Assembly: GCA_035635495.1 (NCBI GenBank)
Contig: DASQAW010000153.1
Coordinates: 1 to 53,818 of the forward strand
Direction of reading: 5' to 3'
Source of the DNA: Burkholderiales bacterium
Lineage (GTDB): Bacteria > Pseudomonadota > Gammaproteobacteria > Burkholderiales > SG8-39
Length of the DNA: 53,818 nt
Shown here: positions 9,183-24,203 of the stretch, piece after piece
Layout of the letters: each line of letters starts with the position of its first letter
Numbering within the stretch: the stretch's first letter is position 1
The notes under the pieces: model-generated
Databases searched by the model: none
Seen by the model: the letters and a program-made list of their open reading frames with translations, nothing else
What the model was told of the DNA's origin: nothing
Translations under genes and position numbers: made by a program

Positions 9183-10528
9183 TGACGCTGAGCGAAGCTG
9201 CCGTGCTGGCGGGCGGCCGCGCAAGCGGCGGCGACGTGCCCTTCGAGGGCGTATCGACCGACAGCCGCTCGGTCGCGCGCGGCGAGCTTTTCGTCGCGCT
9301 GCGCGGCGAGCGCTTCGACGGACACGATTTTCTTGCGGCGGCGGCCGGGCGCGGCGCCGCCGCGGCGATGGTCGATGCGAGCTATCGCGGCACCTACCCG
9401 CTCCCGGTGATCATCGTCGACGACACGAAATACGCCCTCGGCGAGCTGGCGCGCCAGTGGCGCGCGCGCTTCACGCCGGCGCTCGTCGCGGTGACCGGCT
9501 CGAACGGCAAGACCACCGTCAAGGAAATGCTGGCGGCGATCCTGAGGCGCCATGCAGGCGAGCAGGCGGTGCTCGCCACGACGGGCAACCTGAACAACGA
9601 CATCGGGGTGCCGCTCACGCTGCTGCGGCTGCGTGGCGGCCATCGCTGGTGCGCGATCGAGCTCGGCATGAACCACCGCGGCGAGATCGCCTACCTGGCG
9701 AAGCTCGCGGCGCCGACCGTGGCGCTGGTCAACAACGCGCAGCGCGAGCACCTGGAATTCATGGGCAGCGTGCACGAGGTGGCCGCCGAGAACGCCAGCG
9801 TGTACGACGCGCTTGCCGCCGGCGGCGTCGCCGTCGTCAATGCCGACGACGGGCACGCCGGTTATTTCCGCAGCCGCGCCGGCGCGCGCCGCGTGGTGGA
9901 TTTCGGCGTCGGCAGCGCGGCGGTGGGCGGCGGCTACGCGCTGAAAGGGTTGTCGAGCGAGCTTCGCCTGCGCACGCCGCAAGGCGAGGCCGATGCCACG
10001 CTCGCCATCCCGGGACTGCACAACGTCCGCAACGCCTTTGCGGCCGCTGCGTGCGCGCATGCGGCGGGCATTGAGCTCGCATCGATCGCCGCCGGCCTCA
10101 GCGCCTTCCGTCCCTATACGGGGCGGCTGCAGGTGAAGCACGCCAGGAGCGGCGCCACGGTGATCGATGACAGCTACAACGCGAATCCGGACTCGGTGCG
10201 CGCCGCCATCGACGTACTGGCGTCGTGCCCGGCGCCCACGGCGCTCGTGCTCGGCGACATGGGAGAGGTGGGTCCGCGCGGGCCGGAATTGCATCGCGAG
10301 ATCGGCGCCTATGCGCGCTCGCGCGGCGTGACCCAGCTGCTTGCGCTGGGCGCGGCGAGCAAGCACGCGGTGGAAGCCTTCGGCGCCGGCGCCGAGCACT
10401 TCAGCGATGTCGAAGCCCTGGTGCCGGCGATCCGCGGCCGCACCGTGCTCGTCAAGGGCTCGCGGTTCATGAGGATGGAGCGCGTCGTGGCCGCGTTGAC
10501 CGGCGCGCGCGCCGAGGGAGGGCACTGA
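9179..10528 (+). CDS. murF: UDP-N-acetylmuramoyl-tripeptide--D-alanyl-D-alanine ligase MurF
   Basis: 449 aa. P-loop [14 protein letters not shown] overlap with murE. Confidence 0.95.
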   Translation: MMTLSEAAVLAGGRASGGDVPFEGVSTDSRSVARGELFVALRGERFDGHDFLAAAAGRGAAAAMVDASYRGTYPLPVIIVDDTKYALGELARQWRARFTPALVAVTGSNGKTTVKEMLAAILRRHAGEQAVLATTGNLNNDIGVPLTLLRLRGGHRWCAIELGMNHRGEIAYLAKLAAPTVALVNNAQREHLEFMGSVHEVAAENASVYDALAAGGVAVVNADDGHAGYFRSRAGARRVVDFGVGSAAVGGGYALKGLSSELRLRTPQGEADATLAIPGLHNVRNAFAAAACAHAAGIELASIAAGLSAFRPYTGRLQVKHARSGATVIDDSYNANPDSVRAAIDVLASCPAPTALVLGDMGEVGPRGPELHREIGAYARSRGVTQLLALGAASKHAVEAFGAGAEHFSDVEALVPAIRGRTVLVKGSRFMRMERVVAALTGARAEGGH

Positions 10529-11619
10529 TGCTGCTCGAGCTGGCGCAATGGCTGGCCAAGGACGTGCGCGTGTTCAACGTCTTCAACTACATCACCCTGC
10601 GCGCGGTGCTCGCCTGCCTCACGGCGCTCGCCGTGTCGCTGGTGCTCGGCCCCTACATGATCCGCAAGCTCACCGCGTACAAGATCGGCCAGGCGGTGCG
10701 CGACGACGGCCCGCGCTCGCACCTCACCAAGGCCGGCACGCCCACCATGGGCGGCGCGCTGATCCTGGTCTCGATCTGCGTCACCACGCTCCTCTGGGGC
10801 GATCTGTCGAACAAGCTCCTCTGGGTGGTGCTGCTCGTGACGCTCGCCTTCGGCTCGATCGGCTGGATCGACGACTACCGCAAGGTGGTGTACCGCAATC
10901 CAAAGGGATTGTCGGCCAAGGCGAAGTTCTTCTGGCAGTCGGTGATCGGCCTGGCGGCCGCGGCCTACCTGGCCTGGCTCGCGCAGAGCATGCCGGCGCT
11001 GAATCAGCTCATCGTGCCGTTCTTCAAGTTCGTCGCCTATCCGCTCGGCACGCTCGGCTTCATCGTGCTCACCTTCTGCGTCATCGTCGGCACTTCCAAC
11101 GCGGTGAACCTGACCGATGGCCTGGACGGCCTTGCCATCATGCCGACGGTGCTGGTGGGCAGCGCGCTCGGCGTCTTCGCGTACGTCGCCGGCCACGCGG
11201 TGTTCTCCAAGTACCTCGGCCTGCCGTACATCGCCGGCGCGGGCGAGCTGGCGGTGATCTGCGGCGCGCTCGCCGGCGCCGGGCTCGGCTTCCTCTGGTT
11301 CAACGCCTATCCCGCGGAAGTGTTCATGGGCGACGTCGGCGCGCTCGCGCTCGGCGCGGCGCTCGGCACCATCGCCGTGATCGTGCGCCAGGAGATCGTG
11401 CTCTTCATCATGGGCGGCGTGTTCGTCGCCGAGACGCTGTCGGTGATGATCCAGGTGCTGTACTTCAAGTGGACCGGCGGCAAGCGCATCTTCCGCATGG
11501 CGCCGCTGCACCATCACTACGAGCTCGAGGGGTGGAAGGAAAGCCAGGTCGTGGTGCGCTTCTGGATCATCACCATGATGCTCGTGCTGTTCGGGCTCTC
11601 GACCCTGAAGCTCCGATGA
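10528..11619 (+). CDS. mraY: Phospho-N-acetylmuramoyl-pentapeptide-transferase MraY
   Basis: Starts [33 protein letters not shown] and [13 protein letters not shown] motifs. ATG 10528 shares 1 nt with the murF stop. Confidence 0.95.
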   Translation: MLLELAQWLAKDVRVFNVFNYITLRAVLACLTALAVSLVLGPYMIRKLTAYKIGQAVRDDGPRSHLTKAGTPTMGGALILVSICVTTLLWGDLSNKLLWVVLLVTLAFGSIGWIDDYRKVVYRNPKGLSAKAKFFWQSVIGLAAAAYLAWLAQSMPALNQLIVPFFKFVAYPLGTLGFIVLTFCVIVGTSNAVNLTDGLDGLAIMPTVLVGSALGVFAYVAGHAVFSKYLGLPYIAGAGELAVICGALAGAGLGFLWFNAYPAEVFMGDVGALALGAALGTIAVIVRQEIVLFIMGGVFVAETLSVMIQVLYFKWTGGKRIFRMAPLHHHYELEGWKESQVVVRFWIITMMLVLFGLSTLKLR

Positions 11620-12959
11620 TGCGCGAGTCCGCATTCCATCTGCTGCCCCGGCCCGAGCGCGTCGATCTCGCGGGCAAGGGCGTGCTCGTCCTCGGCCTCG
11701 GCGACACCGGCCTCTCGCTGGCGCGCTGGGCGGAGCGCCACGGCGCGCGCGTGCGCGTTGCCGACACGCGCAGCGCCCCGCCCCGGCAATACGCGGGCGA
11801 CGTGCGCCTCGGCGCCTTCACGCCTGCGCTGCTCGAGGGCGTCGAGCTGCTTTGCATCAGCCCGGGCCTGCCGCTCGCCGATCCGCTGATCGGCGAAGCG
11901 CGCGCGCGCGGCATTCCGGTGCTCGGCGACGTGGAGCTCTTCGCCTGGAGCAACCGCGCGCCAGTGCTGGCCATTACGGGCACCAATGGCAAGAGCACCG
12001 TCACGGCGCTCGTGGGGCACCTGCTGCGCAGCGCAGGCATCGATGCCGAGGTGGCGGGAAACATCGCCCCACCCGTGCTCCAAGCGGCGATGAAAAGAAC
12101 GATGCCACCGGCCGCCTGGGTGCTCGAGCTGTCGAGCTATCAGCTCGAGACCACCTGGTCGCTGAATCCGCTCGCCGCCGCGATGCTGAATCTGAGCGAG
12201 GATCACCTCGACCGCTACAGCGGCATCGCCGAATACCGGGCCGCCAAGGCGCGCATCTTCCAGGGCGACGGCGTGCAGGTGCTGAACCGCGAGGATCCCG
12301 TTTCTGCGAACCTGGCGCTGCCAGGCCGCCAGGTTTTGACTTTTGGGCTCGACACGCCGACGGGGAAGGCGTTCGGGCTCGCGCAAGGCTGGCTGGTCGA
12401 GGGCCAGGCGCGCATCGTCGAAGCGGAGGCGCTGACGATCCACGGCGCGCACAACGTCGCCAACGCGCTGGCCGCCTGCGCGCTCGCGCGCGCTTACGGG
12501 CTGCCGCGCGAGCGGCTCGCCGACGGGCTCAAGTCTTTCCGCGGCTTGCCGCATCGCCTGGAGCTGGTCGCGCGGCGCCAAGGCGTCGATTGGTATGACG
12601 ATTCCAAGGGCACCAACGTCGGCGCCACCATCGCCGCGCTGCGCGGGCTCGGCAAGAAGGTCGTGCTCATTCTCGGCGGCGACGGCAAGGGCCAGGATTT
12701 CTCACCGCTGCGCGCGCCGCTCGCCCAGTTCGCCTCGCGCGTGCTGCTCATCGGCCGCGATGCAGCGCTCATCGAGGCGGCGCTCGCGGGGGGCACCGAG
12801 CGCTGTGTATCGCTGGAGGCGGCGGTGGCGCGTGCTGCGCAGCTGGCAAAGCCTGGCGAGGCGGTGCTGCTCTCGCCGGCCTGCGCGAGCTTCGACATGT
12901 TCCGCGACTACAAGCACCGCGGCGAGGTCTTTGCAGCCGCCGTGCGGGGGCTGGCATGA
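11616..12959 (+). CDS. murD: UDP-N-acetylmuramoylalanine--D-glutamate ligase MurD
   Basis: Starts MMRESAF. Rossmann GLGDTGLS and P-loop [10 protein letters not shown]. The upstream 356 codons of the listed 803-aa ORF are out-of-frame overlap with mraY. Confidence 0.93.
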   Translation: MMRESAFHLLPRPERVDLAGKGVLVLGLGDTGLSLARWAERHGARVRVADTRSAPPRQYAGDVRLGAFTPALLEGVELLCISPGLPLADPLIGEARARGIPVLGDVELFAWSNRAPVLAITGTNGKSTVTALVGHLLRSAGIDAEVAGNIAPPVLQAAMKRTMPPAAWVLELSSYQLETTWSLNPLAAAMLNLSEDHLDRYSGIAEYRAAKARIFQGDGVQVLNREDPVSANLALPGRQVLTFGLDTPTGKAFGLAQGWLVEGQARIVEAEALTIHGAHNVANALAACALARAYGLPRERLADGLKSFRGLPHRLELVARRQGVDWYDDSKGTNVGATIAALRGLGKKVVLILGGDGKGQDFSPLRAPLAQFASRVLLIGRDAALIEAALAGGTERCVSLEAAVARAAQLAKPGEAVLLSPACASFDMFRDYKHRGEVFAAAVRGLA

Positions 12960-14119
12960 GCCAGACTTTCGTCCTCGCGCGCAACGCGCCTGCGGCGGAA
13001 TACGACCGCTCGCTCGCCTGGGCCGCGCTGCTGCTCGCGGCGACCGGCCTGGTCATGGTGTATTCGGCGTCGATCGCCACCGCCGAGGCGAACCGCTATA
13101 CGGGCAACAACGCCGCGTGGTTCCTCGCGCGTCAGTCGATTTTTCTCGGGGTCGCGTTCGCCGCGGCCCTGACGGTGTTCCTGGTGCCCGCACGCTGGTG
13201 GCAGCACGCCGCGCCGTGGCTCTTCCTCGGCGGCGTGGTGCTCCTCGCGGCGGTCCTCATTCCCGGGGTGGGGCGGGAGGTGAACGGCGCGCGGCGCTGG
13301 CTCGCGCTGCCGCTTCTCAGCGTGCAGCCCTCCGAGCTGATGAAGCTCGCGGCGGTGCTCTACGCGGCGGATTACACCGTGCGCAAGCACAGCGTGCTGA
13401 AGCGCTTCAAGCGCGGGCTGCTGCCGATGCTGGCGGTGATGCTGCTCGTGTCGTGGCTCTTGCTGCGCGAGCCCGATTTCGGCGCGCTCGTGGTGATCGC
13501 CGCTTCGGCATTCGCCGTGCTTTTCCTCGGCGGCATGAACGGCCGGCACTTCGCCGCGCTGCTCGGCATGCTCGGCGCGGGCTTCGTGCTGCTCGTGCTC
13601 GCCTCGCCCTACCGCATGCATCGGATCTTCGGCTACATGGATCCCTGGTCCGACCCCTTCGGCAGCGGCTACCAGCTGTCGCACGCGCTGATCGCCTTCG
13701 GCCGCGGCGAATGGCTCGGCGTCGGGCTCGGCGGTAGCGTCGAGAAGCTGCACTACCTGCCGGAAGCACACACCGATTTCCTCCTCGCCGTGCTCGCCGA
13801 GGAGTTGGGGTTCATCGGCGTCGCCGTGGTGATCGCCCTTTTCGCCTGGATCGTGGCGCGCGCCTTCGCCATCGCGCGCCAGGCCGCCTCGCGCGATCGC
13901 CACTTCGCTGCGCTCACCGCGCAGGGCATCGGCATCTGGCTCGGCTTCCAGGCGTTCATCAACATGGGGGTGAACATGGGGCTGCTGCCGACCAAGGGCC
14001 TGACGCTCCCGCTCATGAGCTATGGCGGCTCGGGTCTGGTGGTCAATTTCGTCGCGCTGGCGATCCTGTTGCGCATCGACTGGGAAAATCGCCAGCTCGC
14101 GCGCGGCTTGCACGCATGA
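12956..14119 (+). CDS. ftsW: Peptidoglycan glycosyltransferase FtsW (SEDS family)
   Basis: 387 aa polytopic protein. [16 protein letters not shown] and [16 protein letters not shown] motifs. Confidence 0.93.
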   Translation: MSQTFVLARNAPAAEYDRSLAWAALLLAATGLVMVYSASIATAEANRYTGNNAAWFLARQSIFLGVAFAAALTVFLVPARWWQHAAPWLFLGGVVLLAAVLIPGVGREVNGARRWLALPLLSVQPSELMKLAAVLYAADYTVRKHSVLKRFKRGLLPMLAVMLLVSWLLLREPDFGALVVIAASAFAVLFLGGMNGRHFAALLGMLGAGFVLLVLASPYRMHRIFGYMDPWSDPFGSGYQLSHALIAFGRGEWLGVGLGGSVEKLHYLPEAHTDFLLAVLAEELGFIGVAVVIALFAWIVARAFAIARQAASRDRHFAALTAQGIGIWLGFQAFINMGVNMGLLPTKGLTLPLMSYGGSGLVVNFVALAILLRIDWENRQLARGLHA

Positions 14120-15167
14120 GCCGCACGCTCCTCATCATGGCGGGTGGCACCGGCGGGCACATTTTTCCGGGACTCGCGGTTGCCGAGCAGGCGCGCGCCG
14201 CCGGCTGGCAGGTCGTGTGGATGGGCGCGCGCGGCGGCATGGAGGAGCGGCTCGTGCCGCGCCACGGCTACCGCGCGGCGTGGATCCGCGCGCGAGCGGC
14301 CAGAGGAAGGGGGCTGCTGCAGAAGCTCTTGCTGCCGACGAATCTGCTGTTTTCGTTCTGGGAGAGCGCGCGCCACATCCGGCGCATCCGGCCCGACGTC
14401 GTGCTCGGGCTTGGCGGCTACGTCGCCTTTCCGGGCGGCATGATGGCTTCGCTGCTAGGCAAGCCACTTGCCCTGCATGAGCAGAACGCCATTGCCGGAC
14501 TCGCCAACAAGGTCTTGGCGGGCGTGTCCGACAAGGTCATGGTCGCCTTCCCCGACGCATTGCGCGGAGCCGAGTGGACCGGCAACCCCGTGCGAGCGGA
14601 CATAGCGGCGATCGCGCCGCCGGAGGAGCGCTTTCGCGGCCGGCAGGGGCCGCTGCGCCTCCTCGTCGTCGGCGGCAGCCTCGGCGCACAGGCATTGAAC
14701 GAAGCGGTGCCGCGCGCCCTTGCGCTGCTCGGCGAGCGCCCGCAGGTGGTCCACCAGTCGGGCGAGAAGCACCTGGAGGCTCTGCGCGGCCACTATGCCG
14801 CCGCCGGAGTGCAGGGCGAGCTCGTCGCCTTCATCGACGACATGGCGCGGCGCTACGCCGCGGCGGACCTCGTCATCTGTCGCGCCGGCGCCGTGACCAT
14901 CGCCGAGCTGTCGGCGGGCGGCATGGCGAGCGTGCTGGTGCCGTTCCCGCACGCGGTCGACGACCACCAGACGGCCAATGCCCGCTTTCTCGCCGACCGC
15001 GGCGCCGCGATCCTGCTGCCGCAGACCGAGCTCACCCCCGAGCGCCTGGCGCAGCTCATCGGCTCGCTGGACCGTCCGGCGCTGCTGCGCATGGCGCAGA
15101 ACGCGCGCGGGCTGGGCAAGCCCGAGGCGGCCCGAGTAGTCGCGCAGCGCTGCATGGAGCTAGCGCC

Positions 15168-15171
<4 letters not shown>
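14116..15171 (+). CDS. murG: UDP-GlcNAc--undecaprenyl-PP-MurNAc-pentapeptide GlcNAc transferase MurG
   Basis: 351 aa. [14 protein letters not shown] motif. ATGA overlaps on both sides. Confidence 0.95.
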
Positions 15172-19044
<3,873 letters not shown>

Positions 19045-19045
<1 letters not shown>

Positions 19046-20274
19046 TGGCCAAAGAGAACAAAAATCTGGTCGTCGCGCTGGACATCGGTACGTCGAAGGT
19101 GGCGGGCCTCGTCGCCGAGGTCGGCGCCGACGGCTCGCTCGACATTCTCGGCATGGGCTCGCACGAATCGAAGGGCCTGAAAAAGGGCGTGGTGGTCAAC
19201 ATCGAGGCGACCGTCGCCGCGATCCAGCGCGCGCTCGAGGAAGCCGAGCTGATGGCCGACTGCAAGATCACCTCGGCCTTCGTCGGCATCGCCGGCAGCC
19301 ACATTCGCAGCTTCAACTCTACCGGCATGGTGGCGGTGAAGGACCGCGAGGTCGGCGTGCTCGACGTCGACCGCGCGATCGAGACGGCGCGCGCGGTCAA
19401 CATTCCGACCGACCAGCAGATCCTGCACGTGCTGCGCCAGGAGTTCATCATCGACGGGCAGGAGGACGTGCGCGAGCCCATCGGCATGTCGGGCGTGCGG
19501 CTGGAAGTGAAGGTGCACATCGTCACCGGGGCGGTATCGGCGGCGCAGAACATCATCAAGTGCGTACGCCGCTGCGGCATCGAGGTGAAGGACCTGATCC
19601 TGCAGCCGCTGGCGTCCTCGCGGGCGGTGCTCTCGGAGGACGAGAAGGACCTGGGCGTGTGCCTGCTCGACATCGGCGGCGGCACCACCGACATCGCGGT
19701 ATTCACGCACGGTGCCATCCGTCACACCGCCGTCGTGCCGATCGCCGGTGACCAGATCACCAACGACATCGCCATGGCGCTGCGCACGCCGACCGCCGAC
19801 GCGGAGAACCTGAAGATCCGCCACGGCGTCGCGCTGCGCCAGCTCGCCGATCCGAACCAGATGCTGGAAGTCCCCGGGATCGGGGAGCGCGGCGCCAGGT
19901 CGCTCTCGCGCCAGACGCTCGCCGAGGTGATCGAGCCGCGCGTCGAGGAGCTCTACTCGCTCGTGCAGCAGGCGCTGCGCGAGTCGGGCTTCGAGGAGCT
20001 GCTCTCGAGCGGCGTCGTCCTCACCGGCGGCTCGGCGGTGATGCGCGGCATGGTCGAGCTCGGCGAGGAGATCTTCCACATGCCCGTGCGGATCGGCGTA
20101 CCGCGCTACGCCGGCGGCCTCGCCGACGTGGTGCGCGCGCCGCGCTACGCCACGGCGGTGGGCCTTTTGATGGAAGGGGCTTCGCAGCTGCATCACGGAA
20201 GGCTTTCGCGCCAGAGCGGTTCGATGGGGGCCGTGCTGGGGCGCATGCGGGAGTGGTTTCAACGCAACTTTTAG
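19045..20274 (+). CDS. ftsA: Cell division protein FtsA
   Basis: 409 aa actin-like ATPase. LVVALDIGTSKV and LLDIGGGTTDIAVF motifs. Confidence 0.95.
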
Positions 20275-20304
20275 AAGTCAAAACAACGGCAAGGAGACAA
20301 CAAC

Positions 20305-21468
20305 ATGTTCGAAATAGTCGATAGTCAGGTAACCGGGCCGGTGATCAAGGTCATCGGCGTTGGCGGCGCCGGCGGCAACGCCGTCAATCACATGATCGAG
20401 CAGGCCGTGCAGGGCGTGGAGTTCATCGCGGTCAACACCGACGCGCAGGTCCTCTCCCGCAACAAGGCGCAGAACCAGATCCAGCTCGGCACGAGCGGCC
20501 TCGGCGCCGGGGCGAAGCCGGAGGAGGCGCGCGCCGTGGCGATCGCCGAGCGCGATCGCATCGAGGAAACGGTGGCCGGCGCGCACATGGTGTTCATCAC
20601 CGCCGGCATGGGCGGTGGTACCGGCACCGGCGCCGCGCCCGTGATCGCGGAGGTCGCGCGCTCGCTGGGCATCCTCACCGTCGCGGTAGTGACCAAGCCC
20701 TTCACCTTCGAGGGCTCCAAGCGCATGAAGGTCGCGGAAGCCGGCATCGAGGCGCTCGTGCCGCATGTCGACTCGCTGATCGTGATCCTCAACGACAAGC
20801 TCGAGGAGGTGCTGGGCGAGGACGTGACGCAGGAGGACGCGTTCAAGGCTGCGGATGATGTGCTCAACAATGCCGTCGCCGGCATCGCCGAGATCATCAA
20901 CAACCCGGGCCTCGTCAACGTCGACTTCCAGGACGTCCGCACCGTGATGTCGGAGCAGGGCATGGCCATGATGGGCTCGGCGATGGCAAGCGGCATCGAT
21001 CGCGCGCGCATCGCCGCCGAGCAGGCCATCGCCTGCCCGCTGCTCGAGGGCGTGAACCTGGCGGGAGCGCGCGGCGTGCTGGTCAACATCACCGCCTCCA
21101 AGTCGAGCCTGAAGCTGCGCGAGACGAAGGAGGTGATGAATATCGTGCGCACGTTCGCGGCGGAGGATGCGACCATCATCTATGGCGGTGTGTACGACGA
21201 CGCGCTGGCCGATCAGCTGCGCGTGACCGTGGTCGCTACCGGGCTCGGCATGGCCGCGGCACGGCAGCCGAAGCCGCAGCTGGTGCTCAGCAACGTGACG
21301 GCGCAGAAGACGGGAACGGACAACATGCCCGGGCCGGTCGATTACCAGCAGCTCGATGCGGTGCCGGCGGTCATCCGGCGCAACCGCGCCTCGACGGTTG
21401 AAGCTCTCCAGCAGAGCGGCGTCGACAAGTACGACATCCCCGCCTTCCTGCGCAAGCAGGCGGACTAG
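20305..21468 (+). CDS. ftsZ: Cell division protein FtsZ
   Basis: 387 aa. GVGGAGGNAVNHM and the tubulin signature GMGGGTGTGAAPV. C-terminal peptide DIPAFLRKQAD. AAGGAG RBS upstream. Confidence 0.97.
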   Translation: MFEIVDSQVTGPVIKVIGVGGAGGNAVNHMIEQAVQGVEFIAVNTDAQVLSRNKAQNQIQLGTSGLGAGAKPEEARAVAIAERDRIEETVAGAHMVFITAGMGGGTGTGAAPVIAEVARSLGILTVAVVTKPFTFEGSKRMKVAEAGIEALVPHVDSLIVILNDKLEEVLGEDVTQEDAFKAADDVLNNAVAGIAEIINNPGLVNVDFQDVRTVMSEQGMAMMGSAMASGIDRARIAAEQAIACPLLEGVNLAGARGVLVNITASKSSLKLRETKEVMNIVRTFAAEDATIIYGGVYDDALADQLRVTVVATGLGMAAARQPKPQLVLSNVTAQKTGTDNMPGPVDYQQLDAVPAVIRRNRASTVEALQQSGVDKYDIPAFLRKQAD

Positions 21469-21475
21469 CCGCGGA

Positions 21476-21520
21476 GCGGGCCGCTTCCTCCTTGCCGGAG
21501 GCGGCCCGCTTTTGCATTTT
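21476..21520 (+). terminator. Rho-independent terminator after ftsZ
   Basis: Perfect 9-bp GC stem (gcgggccgc 21476-21484 / gcggcccgc 21501-21509), with inner ctcc/ggag pairing, followed by ttttgcatttt. Confidence 0.7.
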
Positions 21521-21561
21521 CTCTTGCAATTCCTATGTCATGATCCGTTCCACAGGAAATC

Positions 21562-22782
21562 ATGGCCTCGAATGAACGCGCCGAAGTCGACGCCGCCCTA
21601 GCGAGCGGCGCAGCTTTCAGCGCCTTGTATGAGCACGGCGGAGTGGGCCTCGCGCTCTTCTCGATAGGCGGCCGCTTTCTGCGCGCCAACGGTGCGTTTT
21701 GCCGCCTGCTCGGTTACACCGAGGAAGAGCTGCTGCAGAAGACGCACCTCGACATCGTCCACCTGGACGACATGGAAGCGACCGCGATCTCGCGCGCGCA
21801 GGTCATTTCCGGCAAAGCGAAAGCGCGGGTCAGCGAGCGGCGCTATGTCCACAAGGACGGCTCGCCCGTCTGGGCGCACGCGACCGGCGGCGTCGTGCGC
21901 GACGCGGCCGGCGCTGCCGTGTGCACGGTTCTTCTGGTCGACGACATCACGAGCATCAAGCGCTCGCTGCGCGCCGCCAAACGGCGCTTCCGCCGGCTGA
22001 TCGAGATGGGCTCCGACTGGTACTGGGTACAGGACGCCGAGCTCCGCTTTGTCGAGGTGCCCGGCGTCGACATGCAGGAGCTCGACGGCGACACCGATAT
22101 CGTCGTCGGCAAGACGCGCTGGGAGCTGCCGGGCCTCGCGCCTTTGCCCGAGATGGCCTGGGAGCAGCACCGCGCGAAGCTCGCGCGCCACGAGTCGTTC
22201 TCCGATTTCGTCTTTCTCCGCTACAACAAGGCGGGCGAGCTGCGCTATCTCTCGGTGAGCGGCGAGCCACTGTTCGACGAGCACGGAAAATTCCGCGGCT
22301 ACCACGGCGTCGGCAAGGACATCACCGAGCGCGCGCGCGACCAGAAAGCACTGGAGGACAGCGAGCGTCGTTATCGCACGCTCTTCGACGCCAACCCGTA
22401 TCCGATGTGGGTGGTCGACGCGAAGACGCTCGCCTTCCTCGCCGTGAACGAAGCCGCGATCCGCCTCTATGGCTACTCGAAGGAGGAATTCCTCGCGCTC
22501 AGCGCCGAGCAGATCCGCCCGGAGGAAGACATCGACGATCTGAAGAAGGCGTTCGAGGATCCGGCGAACTACCGCAGCCGCATCTGGCGCCATCGCAAGA
22601 AGGGCGGCGAGGTGATTCCGGTCAAGATCACCTCCTTCAACCTGGATTTCGGCGGCCGCCGCGCACGCCTGGGCGTCATCGAGGACCTGACCGAGCGCAT
22701 GCAGGCCGAGGAGCGCGCCCGCCAGAGCGAGCGACGCTATCGAGAGTTGCTCGCCTCGCAAGGTTCAGGCAGTACCCGCTGA
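21562..22782 (+). CDS. PAS domain-containing protein (three tandem PAS/PAC modules, no output domain)
   Basis: 406 aa with three PAS-like units: GVGLALFSIGGRFLRANGAF...VDDITSIK; DWYWVQDAELRFVEV...GVGKDITERA; SERRYRTLFDANPYPMWVVD...VIEDLTERM. Ends with another SERRYRELL cap. Confidence 0.8.
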   Translation: MASNERAEVDAALASGAAFSALYEHGGVGLALFSIGGRFLRANGAFCRLLGYTEEELLQKTHLDIVHLDDMEATAISRAQVISGKAKARVSERRYVHKDGSPVWAHATGGVVRDAAGAAVCTVLLVDDITSIKRSLRAAKRRFRRLIEMGSDWYWVQDAELRFVEVPGVDMQELDGDTDIVVGKTRWELPGLAPLPEMAWEQHRAKLARHESFSDFVFLRYNKAGELRYLSVSGEPLFDEHGKFRGYHGVGKDITERARDQKALEDSERRYRTLFDANPYPMWVVDAKTLAFLAVNEAAIRLYGYSKEEFLALSAEQIRPEEDIDDLKKAFEDPANYRSRIWRHRKKGGEVIPVKITSFNLDFGGRRARLGVIEDLTERMQAEERARQSERRYRELLASQGSGSTR

Positions 22783-22819
22783 GGACTGCTAAAATCCCTG
22801 CTCGCATAAGGTGTTAGTC

Positions 22820-23734
22820 ATGTTGCGGCAGCGCACACTGAAAACCCTGGTTTCCGCGTCCGGCGTGGGCCTGCACACCGGACAGAAGGTGCGCATGACG
22901 CTGCGCCCGGCGCCGCCGGAGACGGGCATCGTGTTCCGGCGCATCGACCTCGCTCTCCCGGTCGAACTGCCAGCTCGCGCCGAGCTCGTCGGCGAGACGC
23001 GCCTCTCGTCGTGCCTCGTGCGCGACGGCGTGAAGATCTATACGGTCGAGCACCTGATGTCGGCGCTCGGCGGCCTGGGCGTCGACAACGTCTATGTCGA
23101 TCTCGACGCATCGGAGCTGCCGATCATGGACGGCAGCGCGTCGCCCTTCGTGCTCCTCATCCAGCAGGCCGGCATTGTGGAGCAGGCGGCGCCCAAGCGG
23201 TTCCTGCGCGTGACGCGCCGCGTAGAGGTGACCGAGGGCGACAAATGGGCGCGCCTCGAGCCCTTCGAAGGCTACAAGCTCTCGTTCTCGATCGATTTTC
23301 GCCATCCCGTGATCGAGCGCTCGACGCAGTCGGTCGAGGTGAATTTCGCCGAGGCCTCCTATCTCAAGGAGATTGCCCGCGCGCGCACCTTCGGTTTCAT
23401 GCACGAAGTCGAAGACCTGCGCGACAGCGGGCTCGCGCTCGGCGGCGGTCTCGACAACGCCGTCGTGCTCGACGAGTACCGCGTGCTGAACGCCGAGGGC
23501 TTGCGCTTCGCCGACGAGTTCATCCGGCACAAGCTCCTCGACGCGATCGGCGATCTCTATCTCCTGGGCAAGCCGCTTCTCGCGGCGTTCTCCGCCCACA
23601 AGTCGGGCCACGCGTTGAACAACCGCCTGCTGCGCGCGCTGCTGGCTCAGGCGGGCGCCGTGGAGACCGTGAGCTTCGAGCGTGCCGAGGACACACCCGC
23701 CGGGGTCGCCCGGCTCGCCACGCAGTACGGCTAG
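22820..23734 (+). CDS. lpxC: UDP-3-O-acyl-N-acetylglucosamine deacetylase LpxC
   Basis: MLRQRTLK start, [28 protein letters not shown] and KSGHALN motifs. ATG 22820 preferred over GTG 22811. Confidence 0.95.
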   Translation: MLRQRTLKTLVSASGVGLHTGQKVRMTLRPAPPETGIVFRRIDLALPVELPARAELVGETRLSSCLVRDGVKIYTVEHLMSALGGLGVDNVYVDLDASELPIMDGSASPFVLLIQQAGIVEQAAPKRFLRVTRRVEVTEGDKWARLEPFEGYKLSFSIDFRHPVIERSTQSVEVNFAEASYLKEIARARTFGFMHEVEDLRDSGLALGGGLDNAVVLDEYRVLNAEGLRFADEFIRHKLLDAIGDLYLLGKPLLAAFSAHKSGHALNNRLLRALLAQAGAVETVSFERAEDTPAGVARLATQYG

Positions 23735-24177
23735 CCGCCGCGCAGTGCGCCGTGGCGGCGCAGCATTTTGCCCAGCGCATCACGCGCCGGCGAAGGCTCC
23801 AACCGTTCATACAGCCCGCGCAACCGCTCGAGCGCATGTGTGGAGAAATGCACGGTTTTTTGCCTTTCCGGTGAGGCGCTTCGCGCCCTGTTTGGTTGCA
23901 CCCTCACCGAAACTGAATTAACCTGAATTCGCTGCTGCAGAAGGAATTGGCTCAGGGCCGGGCCAAGCAGTTTCAGCTTCGCCGCCGCCGCGGAATTCGC
24001 GGCGATGAGCGTCAGATTCCCGTCCCTGAAGTTGCCGACGCGGGCATCTCGGGCTAGACCCGCGGACAAGAAGCTGTGAACCAGTCCGGCGAGGGCGCGC
24101 AAGTCGCGCGTCTTTGCGACAAGGGGTTGCAGGTCGCCTTGGGCTGAAAGAATCCGGTCGATTCGGGTAAGGCGCAA
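23731..24177 (-). CDS. DUF721 domain protein (DciA-like replicative helicase operator candidate)
   Basis: 148 aa. Pattern [33 protein letters not shown] fits DUF721. The lpxC-secA interval is the position of a DUF721 gene in other proteobacteria, as far as I recall the synteny. TTG start and no in-frame ATG, so the start is uncertain. Confidence 0.55.
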   Translation of the reverse strand: MRLTRIDRILSAQGDLQPLVAKTRDLRALAGLVHSFLSAGLARDARVGNFRDGNLTLIAANSAAAAKLKLLGPALSQFLLQQRIQVNSVSVRVQPNRARSASPERQKTVHFSTHALERLRGLYERLEPSPARDALGKMLRRHGALRGG

Positions 24178-24203
24178 GCGCAGACCTGCTAGGGAGGGAA
24201 GAA

